Below are positions 9,892 to 18,182 of a stretch of 52,187 nt of DNA, piece by piece; positions within the stretch are counted from its first letter, which is position 1; the number at the start of each line of letters is the position of its first letter. The notes beneath the pieces are model-generated. The model was not told the origin of the DNA. It saw nothing but the letters and a program-made list of their open reading frames with translations, and did no database searches. The DNA lies in contig CAZDRR010000002.1 of assembly GCA_964507955.1 (NCBI GenBank), positions 2,665 to 54,851 of the forward strand. The letters are read 5' to 3'. The translations under genes were made by a program, and so were the position numbers. This stretch comes from an uncultured Candidatus Saccharibacteria bacterium. GTDB taxonomy: Bacteria; Patescibacteriota; Minisyncoccia; Phycocordibacterales; JAACPR01.

Positions 9892-10811
9892 TTTTTGTAG
9901 TTATTAATTATCTCTAAGTAAATTTCAGTAGTTTTTTTATTTGTAAAGTTTTGTTCGTTGTATTGTCTTGGCGTAAATGTATTAAGTTTATTTAAAAATA
10001 TATTTAATTTTTCTTCAAAATCAAGACTATCTTTAAAGGTTAGACCACACTCGTCGGTTAGATAAGGACAACTGATTTTTTCTGATGACCAAGAATATTC
10101 TTTATATTGCCACATTTGATTATCCCATACAAGGGTAGGCACGTTTCTTGCCCAGGCTTCATGTAAGGCCAAACCCTGACTTTCAGAAGGAGACAAATAT
10201 ATCATAAATTTAGATTTATTTAGTTCCTCAAAATATTCTTTCTGATTAAAATCTCCATAAGAGAGTAATTTATATTTTTCTCCTCTCTTATCTAGTGTTT
10301 GCAAGATATCTTGCAGCAATTTTTCGGGTATATTTTTTATGAAAATTAAAATAGTATTCTTATTTTGTTTTTCCGTGGGATTATTAATGCAGAAAACACC
10401 AGATGGCCATATTTTTATTTTGTTCTCCAGAGAAGGCTTTATTGAGCAGAAAAAATCTTTAGGCCACTTTGAGGGGAAGAGTATGATATCAATTTCTTCA
10501 TTAGTAAGTATTGCGTTTGAGTCTTCGGGTGTGACGGATATTATTGGGCCTGCTACTAATATAAAGTTTTGTTTTTTTACTTTAGCATTTATCATACTCT
10601 TTAATGCTTCAACACCACTTAGTACATGAATAATTTTATACTTTGCTTTTAAAGGATTTACTTCAAATTTAATATTAAGTTCTTGTAGTCCAGATATTAA
10701 ACTTTTGAACACTGCATCAGGTCCTGTTTTTTTTCTTATTATTTTTTTAAAAACCCACTTCCAAAATTCTTTTTTAAGAGGAGAATTTGTTCTTGTATAG
10801 ATTGTAATCAT
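9888..10811 (-). CDS. Putative GT-B glycosyltransferase
   Basis: C-terminal EX7E motif ESQGLALHE followed by AWARNVPTLV; position in glycan cluster. Confidence 0.7.
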   Translation of the reverse strand: MITIYTRTNSPLKKEFWKWVFKKIIRKKTGPDAVFKSLISGLQELNIKFEVNPLKAKYKIIHVLSGVEALKSMINAKVKKQNFILVAGPIISVTPEDSNAILTNEEIDIILFPSKWPKDFFCSIKPSLENKIKIWPSGVFCINNPTEKQNKNTILIFIKNIPEKLLQDILQTLDKRGEKYKLLSYGDFNQKEYFEELNKSKFMIYLSPSESQGLALHEAWARNVPTLVWDNQMWQYKEYSWSSEKISCPYLTDECGLTFKDSLDFEEKLNIFLNKLNTFTPRQYNEQNFTNKKTTEIYLEIINNYKK

Positions 10812-10812
10812 T

Positions 10813-11463
10813 TTATTCTTTAATTATAACACCATCAACGGCGACCAATCCCGAAACTCCTAATGTTTTTATTGAGTTAACTTTATCTTTTGATATCAAT
10901 GTATGTAATATTTTTTCTATAGAAACTCCTATCAGTAAAAAAGGTATTGAAACTATCAGTAGTATTTTAAACTTTAAGAGCTTTGATAGAGGTAAAGCAT
11001 ACAATCTTGTTGAATAACTTTTTTCTTTTTCTAAGAAATTATAAGTATTAGAATTCCAATTTTCTATATTAAAATTTGCATTTAGCATGTATCTGCCACT
11101 TATTTTAAAAAATAGTCTGTAATCATTAATATTTTTTATGTTTTTGATTACATGTATTGCTTTATATACTATAGCAATTTCTCCTAAACCTTTAAACTTA
11201 CTATTTATACAGAGCTTAATAATAGGATTATTTCCTAGATAGAAATATCCATTTGCTAAATCTTTGAAATGATTCTCATAGTTTGTTTTACCAGCTTCAA
11301 ATATAAATATTTGTGAAGTCGGACTATATTTTTTAATAGACAAAATCGTACCTTGAGTTTGAAGAAGCCTTTCTTTTTTTGAATATATTGATCGTATATT
11401 ACTATAAGAAAGAGGTTTATTGTTTGAATCTATTACAGAAATTATTAGAAACACATCTTGCAT
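10813..11463 (-). CDS. Hypothetical glycan-locus protein
   Basis: 216-aa ORF tightly packed in operon; ERLLQT...SIKKY and FFKISGRY segments resemble uncharacterised glycan-cluster proteins. Confidence 0.6.
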   Translation of the reverse strand: MQDVFLIISVIDSNNKPLSYSNIRSIYSKKERLLQTQGTILSIKKYSPTSQIFIFEAGKTNYENHFKDLANGYFYLGNNPIIKLCINSKFKGLGEIAIVYKAIHVIKNIKNINDYRLFFKISGRYMLNANFNIENWNSNTYNFLEKEKSYSTRLYALPLSKLLKFKILLIVSIPFLLIGVSIEKILHTLISKDKVNSIKTLGVSGLVAVDGVIIKE

Positions 11464-11469
11464 ATTTGA

Positions 11470-12348
11470 TTAATTAATTTTATTTACCAAGTTTTCCCAG
11501 TAGTCAATTTGTTTATTTGATAACGATGTATTCATCCAGGCTCTTGTTTCATCACCATTCAATATGTCTAGCAGACTACCAAAATCAAATATAAAAATAT
11601 TTTTGCTGCTTTTGGTAAGGAGTCTTTTTTGTAAAACTCTACCTGCGCACCCCATGGCTATAACTATTAGTGTAAAATTATCATTAGAAGCATCAATCGC
11701 TCCCATGGTTTCTTTTTCTATTCTGTCTATTTCTGAATATGAAAATTTAGGATTAGTTTTTATATAATCTCTGGGATGTAATACTTTCTCTACAATATCT
11801 GTTTTTAGGTCTTTGTTGCCTACAAATATAGGATTTGTTGATTTGATCTTTTTTAAAAAATCGATACAGGCATCTTCATTTGAAACTGCTAAATATGAAA
11901 GTGCTACATGAGAATATATCTTTTCTCCTATAAAGTATTTAAAACACTTTTTTAGAATGGAGCTTGCCCATTCATCTGATGAACTATGATACCCGGGTCG
12001 CATATCATGTTCTTTTCCAAATTTTTCAGAATGTATTGGAAGACATTTGTATATATGATCACCATTCAATTCAAAAGCTTCTCTCATTTCATATGAAAAT
12101 GTATTTGAGGAATACTGTAATAAATCATCCAGTCCTAATAATAAATTTACATCTCCATCGCCAAAGCGCAGGTAAGCCCCTCTTTTTTTATTCTCTATTG
12201 CATTAGAAATGTCCTGTATTGTTTTTAGAGGCGACTGAATTTTTACAGAAGAAGGGAAATTAATAAAGGATATGCTTGTAAATAAAAATTTTATCTTTAT
12301 CCAATAAAGCTTTGATTTGTTTAAGATTTTTCTTATTATATATTTCAT
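11470..12348 (-). CDS. Putative GT-D fold (DUF1792-like) glycosyltransferase
   Basis: YLRFGDGD, VIAMGCAGRVL, IFDFGSLLD motifs. Confidence 0.6.
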   Translation of the reverse strand: MKYIIRKILNKSKLYWIKIKFLFTSISFINFPSSVKIQSPLKTIQDISNAIENKKRGAYLRFGDGDVNLLLGLDDLLQYSSNTFSYEMREAFELNGDHIYKCLPIHSEKFGKEHDMRPGYHSSSDEWASSILKKCFKYFIGEKIYSHVALSYLAVSNEDACIDFLKKIKSTNPIFVGNKDLKTDIVEKVLHPRDYIKTNPKFSYSEIDRIEKETMGAIDASNDNFTLIVIAMGCAGRVLQKRLLTKSSKNIFIFDFGSLLDILNGDETRAWMNTSLSNKQIDYWENLVNKIN

Positions 12349-13190
12349 ATTTTCAAAAAATAATCGGGGTATAGTTTGTTTGAAATTTCATTCACTGTGT
12401 TATTCCAGTTCTTTGGAGCTATAACTATATTAGCATGATTATTTAAAAAGGCTGCCCACAGACTAAAAGTACTATTTGCTATCACAATATATTTATAGGT
12501 ACTTATGTGCAGTAAGTCTAGTAGTGGGTCTTTAAAATTAGTCTCAACAAAGTTATAATCATTTTTTTCAGGTAAAATCTTTTTTGCGTAATCTATATCT
12601 TCACAAAATATATTAAATTTAGCATTAGGTTCTGTTCTTTTTATTATGTTAAGTGCTTCTGTATAATAGTCTCTGCTACAAATACCCTTTACATTTGGTA
12701 TGTTCAAATAGTCTCCAGCTCTAATATGTATTGCAACCAAGTCAATGACTTTGCTGTCATCTTTTTTCATATTTTTACTAGCTAACAAAACTTCTTTAAT
12801 TGAAGTTATGTTTTTTTGTACATATTTATAGCATTGCCAGTATCCATCAAAATATCCTTCACTTTTTGATAGTATGTTTGAATCATACATATGGGGATAT
12901 TTTTCTTCTATATAGTATTTAGATTTATTTAATATAAATTTAGGTATATGAGGTAATAAATAAACTAATATCGCATAAGGAAATTTTAAATGTAAACATT
13001 GAATAATTTCTCCCTTTGAAGCAATTTTAATATCTTGTATTCCTGAAAGTTCAAAACTTCTTGATTGATTTTTATTAAAAAAACTAGTATCAAATTTTAC
13101 GATTACATTTCTCTCTGCCGATAATCTTTTAGCAAAAGCATATTGAAAGAGTTGATTTCCAAGACCTCCAGATAGTTTAATTATTATCAT
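12345..13190 (-). CDS. Alpha-1,2-fucosyltransferase-like (GT11), second paralogue
   Basis: LSGGLGNQLFQYAF, FDGYWQ, AIHIRAGDY, VIANSTFSLWAAFL. Confidence 0.9.
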   Translation of the reverse strand: MIIIKLSGGLGNQLFQYAFAKRLSAERNVIVKFDTSFFNKNQSRSFELSGIQDIKIASKGEIIQCLHLKFPYAILVYLLPHIPKFILNKSKYYIEEKYPHMYDSNILSKSEGYFDGYWQCYKYVQKNITSIKEVLLASKNMKKDDSKVIDLVAIHIRAGDYLNIPNVKGICSRDYYTEALNIIKRTEPNAKFNIFCEDIDYAKKILPEKNDYNFVETNFKDPLLDLLHISTYKYIVIANSTFSLWAAFLNNHANIVIAPKNWNNTVNEISNKLYPDYFLKI

Positions 13191-14058
13191 TTTTATATTT
13201 CATTATTAAATCTATCCAATAGGGCATAAATAGGGCTTTTTTATCTGATTTGTTAATTATGTTTTCAAACATATCACTCAAATTTTCTTCTGTATATTTT
13301 TCCAAATCTTCCCATTTCTCGATTACTAATAAGGGGAGTTTTAGTTTTTCGAAATATTCTGTAAAGACACTCCTCTCTACTATTGGTATTGAGTTTAAGT
13401 ATAAGGCCTCCCAAGTTCGGTGACAGTCCGGACCATTTCCTGGTGGCGAAGCTATAAATTTATATCTTGAAGATATATCAAAGTATTCCCTCTGAACAAG
13501 GCGTGAAGTTGTTGTTTCCGCTAAGGGTAATTTGTCTAATATGTCTAATATTTTTTTTCTTATATTTATATTTGTGTTTATATTAAAATTGTAAAATATT
13601 TTATTTAATTCTTTTTCTGAATCCTTCAGCTTTTCTATGGATTGTATTACTATATTTTTTTTATCACCGAATCTACTGTAAATACCTATGGGAATCGGAG
13701 TAATTTTTTCATGCTTTAATAATAAATTTTCGGCAAACCAATGAATAATTTTCTTCTCATTCGCATAAATAAGAAAGTCAGTGTCTATACACATATCTTC
13801 GTTATGTGATATGAGTATAAAATTATTTTTTATATTAGGATAAAGAGATTCAAAAAAAGTTTTTAGATAATTTGTTCTTACAAATATAATGTCTCCATTT
13901 TGAACATCAAGAGGTTCAAAAGTTATTGATTCATCAAAGATATGTTGTGCTAAAGATCTAAAAGAATCCCCACTTATATATGGCCAATTAGTTGGTCGGT
14001 GAAGTTGAAGTGATTTTACAAAGAATCTTCTTATGAGAGTTTTAATTTTTAATAGCAT
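13177..14058 (-). CDS. Exostosin/GT47-like putative glycosyltransferase
   Basis: C-terminal KFIASPPGNGPDCHRTWEALYLNSIPIV motif; N-terminal YISGDSF. Confidence 0.6.
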   Translation of the reverse strand: MLLKIKTLIRRFFVKSLQLHRPTNWPYISGDSFRSLAQHIFDESITFEPLDVQNGDIIFVRTNYLKTFFESLYPNIKNNFILISHNEDMCIDTDFLIYANEKKIIHWFAENLLLKHEKITPIPIGIYSRFGDKKNIVIQSIEKLKDSEKELNKIFYNFNINTNINIRKKILDILDKLPLAETTTSRLVQREYFDISSRYKFIASPPGNGPDCHRTWEALYLNSIPIVERSVFTEYFEKLKLPLLVIEKWEDLEKYTEENLSDMFENIINKSDKKALFMPYWIDLIMKYKNDNN

Positions 14059-14061
14059 AAT

Positions 14062-15360
14062 TTATTTATTAGTTAACATTAGCAGTATCATTTTTCTTGG
14101 TTTTTTAAATAAAAGTAATGAAATAGGTATTATTGTGTAAGAGATTAGTGTTGCTATCGCTGATCCAACTATTCCATATTGAGGTATTAATAATATATTT
14201 AATAAAATATTACTTAGCATTCCTGTACATGTAGAAATAAATATTACAAATTTCATATTTTCATTTATGAGATAACTTGTAGAGAGATTAGTTAAGAATG
14301 TTCCGATGTTAGACCATATATATATTTGAAGAACTGTTGCGCCACCTATGAAACTTGTCCCAAATACAACTTTTATTATCTCGGAGGCAAATAGTGTAGT
14401 AGGTAGTGCTATCAATAATGAACAAACTATTAATGAAAGAGTTAGTATCTTTAATCTCTTTATATATAGTTGTTCAGAAACTTTTTTTGCATTTACAATT
14501 GCGGGGAACAGGGAACTTACTAATATATTTGGAATTAAGTACCAGACTTCAGATAGTCTAACGGCTGAATCGTATAATCCAACAGATTCTGTATCAATCA
14601 TATATTTTATGAGGATTTGGTCCATTCTTGCATATATCAACGCAAAAGCAGAAGAGAAGATGAGTGGCCATGAATCATGTAATAGTCTATAAATAATTTT
14701 CTTGTCAAAAGAGAGATTTCTAAAAGAACCATATATTTTTTTTCTGTAATATATAAAACCTATTGCATATAAAATAGATTCAAGCAGAAGTACAAAGGCT
14801 AGGTATAGTACACCTTTATTAAAAATAACAACTGTTATTTTTAATAAATTCAAAATAATTGTTATGTATAAAGATAGTAATGAAGGAAATTTTGACTGTA
14901 CATTTGATTGAAATTCCAAATTTATTATATGGAAAGAATTAAAAAAGAACCCAAGACTTAATATAAAAATTAGGTATAAAGAAACATCTTTCGGAGAAAG
15001 TAAAAGCGCAAATGAAATACAAAGAATTATTGTTAATATTGAAGTTATTATTCTCAATATTAAAGCGGAGCCCAAATAGATGTTTTTTCGTTCTGGATAT
15101 TTTATTAAATCTCTGTAAAGTACTTGATCAATTCCTAATACTGCCAGAAACGAAAAAATAGATATAAAACTCAATGCATAACTTAGTTGACCGTAGTTAG
15201 TTGGTCCTAGATTTCGTGCGATATAGGCTGTCGCTATAAAAGAAATAATAAGACTTGATATCTTTCCAAAAAACATCCAGCCTGTATTTTGAAAATATCT
15301 CTGGAACCCAGTATGGTTCCATTTATCTATAAGGTATGTTTTTGACAGGTAGTTACTCAT
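14062..15360 (-). CDS. wzx: Wzx-like oligosaccharide flippase
   Basis: About 12 hydrophobic segments; ARNLGPTNYGQLSYA, RMDQILIKYM...VGLYDSAVRL, IPQYGIVGSAIATL. Confidence 0.88.
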   Translation of the reverse strand: MSNYLSKTYLIDKWNHTGFQRYFQNTGWMFFGKISSLIISFIATAYIARNLGPTNYGQLSYALSFISIFSFLAVLGIDQVLYRDLIKYPERKNIYLGSALILRIITSILTIILCISFALLLSPKDVSLYLIFILSLGFFFNSFHIINLEFQSNVQSKFPSLLSLYITIILNLLKITVVIFNKGVLYLAFVLLLESILYAIGFIYYRKKIYGSFRNLSFDKKIIYRLLHDSWPLIFSSAFALIYARMDQILIKYMIDTESVGLYDSAVRLSEVWYLIPNILVSSLFPAIVNAKKVSEQLYIKRLKILTLSLIVCSLLIALPTTLFASEIIKVVFGTSFIGGATVLQIYIWSNIGTFLTNLSTSYLINENMKFVIFISTCTGMLSNILLNILLIPQYGIVGSAIATLISYTIIPISLLLFKKPRKMILLMLTNK

Positions 15361-15399
15361 TTGTGTTCCTTTTTGCTATATGCTAAAAATACTACACAT

Positions 15400-17532
15400 A
15401 TGACAAAACACAATATCTGGAGTATTTCCATTATCGGATTATTATTTGCCTTATTATTTACACCACTTGTGGTTGCAACTAGTTTATATTTTCCATATGT
15501 AACTGGAAAAGTTTTTACTTTTAGAATAATAACAACAATTGCAATGATTTTGTGGCTTATTCTTATTGTTAATAAGCCACAATTTTTGCCTAAAAAATCT
15601 TGCATCATTACTGTTGCTGGACTATTTGTATTATGGCTAGCTATTGCGAACTTTTTTGGTTCAGATATACAAAATTCATTTTTTTCAAATTTTGAGAGAA
15701 TGGAGGGTTGGTTCACACATTTATATTTGTTTGTCTATCTACTTATTCTTTCTTCAGTGCTTCAGTCTGAAAAAATTTGGAGTTGGTTTTTGAATACTTC
15801 TATTGTCGTTGCGAATATTATCGCTTTGAAAGCAACCTTTGACTCACAATTAAGAACACAAGTTTTTTTGGGAAACTCGACATATGTTGCTATTTACATT
15901 CTATTTAATCTTTTCTTTACAGTATTGTTTTTATACAGATTAATTAAAAAGAAAACCAAAGAAGATGCATTAAAATATTTTGGGATTATTTACTATATTT
16001 CTTCAATTATTTTATTCGTGTATGTTATTTTTAGAACTCAAACCAGAGGTACTGTTCTTGCATTAGTTTTCTCTTTTATTCTATTTCTTATTTTATCCGC
16101 GATATCTTATTGGAAAAATAAAAAAGTAAGAATTGTAGCAAGTATACTTTTGATTGTGGCCATTGCTGGTTCTGTGGTGTTTTGGCAAAATCGTGATATT
16201 GCTTTTATTCAAAATAATCCATTACTTGCTAGAATCGCAACAATCTCGGCATCAGAAGGTACTGGTAAGGCTAGACTTGTTAACTGGGGTATTGCAATAG
16301 AGGGTATAAAAGAAAATCCTGTAATGGGTTGGGGACAAGAAAATTATTCTCGTGTTTTTGCACAAAAATATAATCCTAATATGTATGCGCAAGAGCCTTG
16401 GTTTGATAGAACACATAATGCGTTTCTTGATTGGACTATTCAAGGAGGTTTGATTGCATTATTGCTGTATATCTCTCTATTTATTGTGTCTATATATTTA
16501 ATTAAAACTTCTTCTTCATTACATAAGACTGATAAAAATATATTAGTGTCTCTTATTGTAGCGTATTCAATTCATAATATATTTGTATTTGATAATTATT
16601 CGAGTTATTTGATGTTTTTCACTTTGCTTGCGTATATCGTCTATCACTCAAATAAAGGAGAAATCAAAATATTTGACGACAAAAAGAATATTCAAGCCAT
16701 TTCAATTTTTATTGGAATTCTAATTGTTGTTGCTTCTTATTTCACAATTAGCAAACCTCTTTTGGTTGCTAATAATCTTATTGATGCACTTTCTGAAAAA
16801 GATCAAGCTAAGTCTTTAGATATATATGAAAAAATTATTAATAAAAATAGTTTCGGTAATACAGAAGTAGGGATACGACTTATGACTGAGGTACAAAAAT
16901 ATTTTTCTATTGATGATCCAAAAGTTATTCAACGATATGTTGATCTTACTACAAAATTAGGTAATGAATTTGAAAAAACAGACGACGTGAGAAGATTAGA
17001 AACATACGGAGGTTTTCTGATGCAGATAGGGGATGTTCAATCATCAATTCGAGTATTAGAAAAAGCAAAATCCCTTGCACCTAACAGACAGAATAACCTC
17101 TATACTCTTGGGATGACATATATAAATGCGAATAATCTTGATAAAGCAAAAGAAGTTTTTAAACAGGCATATGAGGTTCAAAAGGAAAATGATAGAGCAC
17201 GAACATATTATGGGGCTGTGCTATTGTTGTCTGGAGATAAAAGCGGAAGCGAATTAATAAAAGGATATTCAACAAAAGATGGATTCTTCCTTTCTATATT
17301 TTCTAGATTAAAGCAATATAAAGAAGTAATAAAGATAAGAGAACAAATTAAAAAAGATAATCCAATGGATTATCAAAATCAAGTTTCACTTGCTGTTGCA
17401 TATTATCTAGATAAACAAACTGCAAAAGCAATCTTAGTAATTAAAGATGTACAAAAAGCTGTTCCAGAGTTTAAACAACAAGGAGATTATCTAATAAAAG
17501 AGATGCAAGCAGGGAGGAATATAATTAAATAA
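15400..17532 (+). CDS. O-antigen ligase / O-oligosaccharyltransferase-family membrane protein with C-terminal TPR-like repeats
   Basis: About 12 TMs; TQTRG, ARLVNW...IKENPVMGWG.EN, DRTHNAFLD (Wzy_C motif); helical TPR-like C-terminus. Start moved to ATG 15400. Confidence 0.85.
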   Translation: MTKHNIWSISIIGLLFALLFTPLVVATSLYFPYVTGKVFTFRIITTIAMILWLILIVNKPQFLPKKSCIITVAGLFVLWLAIANFFGSDIQNSFFSNFERMEGWFTHLYLFVYLLILSSVLQSEKIWSWFLNTSIVVANIIALKATFDSQLRTQVFLGNSTYVAIYILFNLFFTVLFLYRLIKKKTKEDALKYFGIIYYISSIILFVYVIFRTQTRGTVLALVFSFILFLILSAISYWKNKKVRIVASILLIVAIAGSVVFWQNRDIAFIQNNPLLARIATISASEGTGKARLVNWGIAIEGIKENPVMGWGQENYSRVFAQKYNPNMYAQEPWFDRTHNAFLDWTIQGGLIALLLYISLFIVSIYLIKTSSSLHKTDKNILVSLIVAYSIHNIFVFDNYSSYLMFFTLLAYIVYHSNKGEIKIFDDKKNIQAISIFIGILIVVASYFTISKPLLVANNLIDALSEKDQAKSLDIYEKIINKNSFGNTEVGIRLMTEVQKYFSIDDPKVIQRYVDLTTKLGNEFEKTDDVRRLETYGGFLMQIGDVQSSIRVLEKAKSLAPNRQNNLYTLGMTYINANNLDKAKEVFKQAYEVQKENDRARTYYGAVLLLSGDKSGSELIKGYSTKDGFFLSIFSRLKQYKEVIKIREQIKKDNPMDYQNQVSLAVAYYLDKQTAKAILVIKDVQKAVPEFKQQGDYLIKEMQAGRNIIK

Positions 17533-17533
17533 C

Positions 17534-17561
17534 TTGCATTATTCTAAAAGTGTGATACTAT
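17534..17561 (+). promoter_or_regulatory. Sigma70-type promoter of small RNA 1
   Basis: TTGCAT(17534)-N16-TGa-extended TACTAT(17556-61); +1 predicted at G17568; overlapping TATAAT at 17559-64 is an alternative. Confidence 0.7.
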
Positions 17562-17567
17562 AATCTT

Positions 17568-17637
17568 GTGAGTGTTGGTATATCCAACTCCACGAATGTC
17601 TGCGAAAGAGCCGCTCTAGAGCGGCTCTTTCGTTTTT
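17568..17637 (+). ncRNA. Candidate small RNA 1 (about 70 nt: 35-nt unique part plus terminator)
   Basis: Promoter upstream, imperfect hairpin GUGAGUGUUGG-UAUAU-CCAACUCCAC, then 30-bp palindrome and U5; no credible ORF. Confidence 0.6.
17603..17637 (+). terminator. Intrinsic terminator, perfect 30-bp palindrome
   Basis: cgaaagagccgctct|agagcggctctttcg followed by ttttt. Confidence 0.85.
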
Positions 17638-17657
17638 AGAAAAATAAATAATTTAAT

Positions 17658-17709
17658 TACAAAAAAATAAAAACTTTCTATTAAAATAGAAAGTTTTTAT
17701 TTTTTTGTA
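17658..17709. terminator. AT-rich perfect 23-bp inverted repeat, likely 3' end signal of RNA 2
   Basis: tacaaaaaaataaaaactttcta-ttaaaa-tagaaagtttttatttttttgta. Confidence 0.65.
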
Positions 17710-17787
17710 TGAACTCTATGAACCGTCGGGTGCCAACTCCAAGTGAATGCCTAAGTGAGTGCAGCCGACGGTTCATAGAACTCACAC
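17707..17787 (-). ncRNA. Candidate hairpin small RNA 2 (81 nt)
   Basis: On the minus strand 23 contiguous pairs including 3 G-U (these are A/C mismatches on plus), C-C mismatch, 3 more pairs, 27-nt loop; the promoter places +1 at the first base of the stem. Confidence 0.7.
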
Positions 17788-17793
17788 AAATAT

Positions 17794-17821
17794 ATTATAT
17801 GTGAATAAATTTTTTTTACAA
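17794..17821 (-). promoter_or_regulatory. Sigma70-type promoter of small RNA 2, with TTATTCACA DnaA-type box in the spacer
   Basis: Minus strand TTGTAA(17821-16)-N16-TATAAT(17799-94); TTATTCACA at 17808-17800. Confidence 0.7.
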
Positions 17822-17937
17822 AAATGTTATTAAAGTATTTTTTAATAAAATTTTATTTTTTAAAAATAAAAAAACAAAATATTTTTTAAAATTATTTTTT
17901 AAAAAATAAAAATAATTTTTTTTAAAAATTTTTTTAG

Positions 17938-17946
17938 TTATCCACA
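17938..17946 (+). promoter_or_regulatory. Perfect DnaA box within an extremely AT-rich tract
   Basis: TTATCCACA; preceding 120 bp (17821-17940) has 4 G/C. Confidence 0.5.
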
Positions 17947-18061
17947 AAATTATTTTTAAAAAAATTGTTTTAATTTTTTTATGAGAGAAAATAATAATAG
18001 GTAATAATTAATTCAAGTCGAAATTATTACTTATAATTATAGGTAATTATTTTTCAAAAAA

Positions 18062-18175
18062 ATGCCAGCAAAAAAGAAAGCAGCAAAAAAAGTTGCTAAG
18101 AAAAAAGTAGCAAAGAAAGCAAAAAAAGCTACAAAAAAAGTTGCTAAGAAAAAAGCAACAAAGAAGCGAAAATAA
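18062..18175 (+). CDS. Histone H1-like Lys/Ala-rich mini-protein (37 aa), missing from ORF track
   Basis: MPAKKKAAKKVAKKKVAKKAKKATKKVAKKKATKKRK*; TATAAT at 18032-37 upstream and terminator just downstream. Confidence 0.85.
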   Translation: MPAKKKAAKKVAKKKVAKKAKKATKKVAKKKATKKRK

Positions 18176-18182
18176 TTTCTCA

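Noticed and set aside
9888-12348. Possible alternative genetic code (UGA=Gly as in Gracilibacteria/Absconditabacteria)
   Set aside because: Genes are full length under code 11 and TGA acts as a stop in ATGA overlaps at 9888 and 12345.
17568-17639. 23-codon GTG ORF or MSAKEPL peptide as a type I toxin or leader peptide
   Set aside because: Not hydrophobic, runs through the terminator palindrome, no ribosome-binding context.
17717-17777. Resemblance of the plus-strand hairpin (ATGAACCGTCGGGT...GCAGCC) to SRP RNA helix 8 flanks
   Set aside because: The conserved CAGG/GNRA/AGCA symmetric loop is absent, and stem wobbles and promoter favour the minus strand; left for Infernal to decide.
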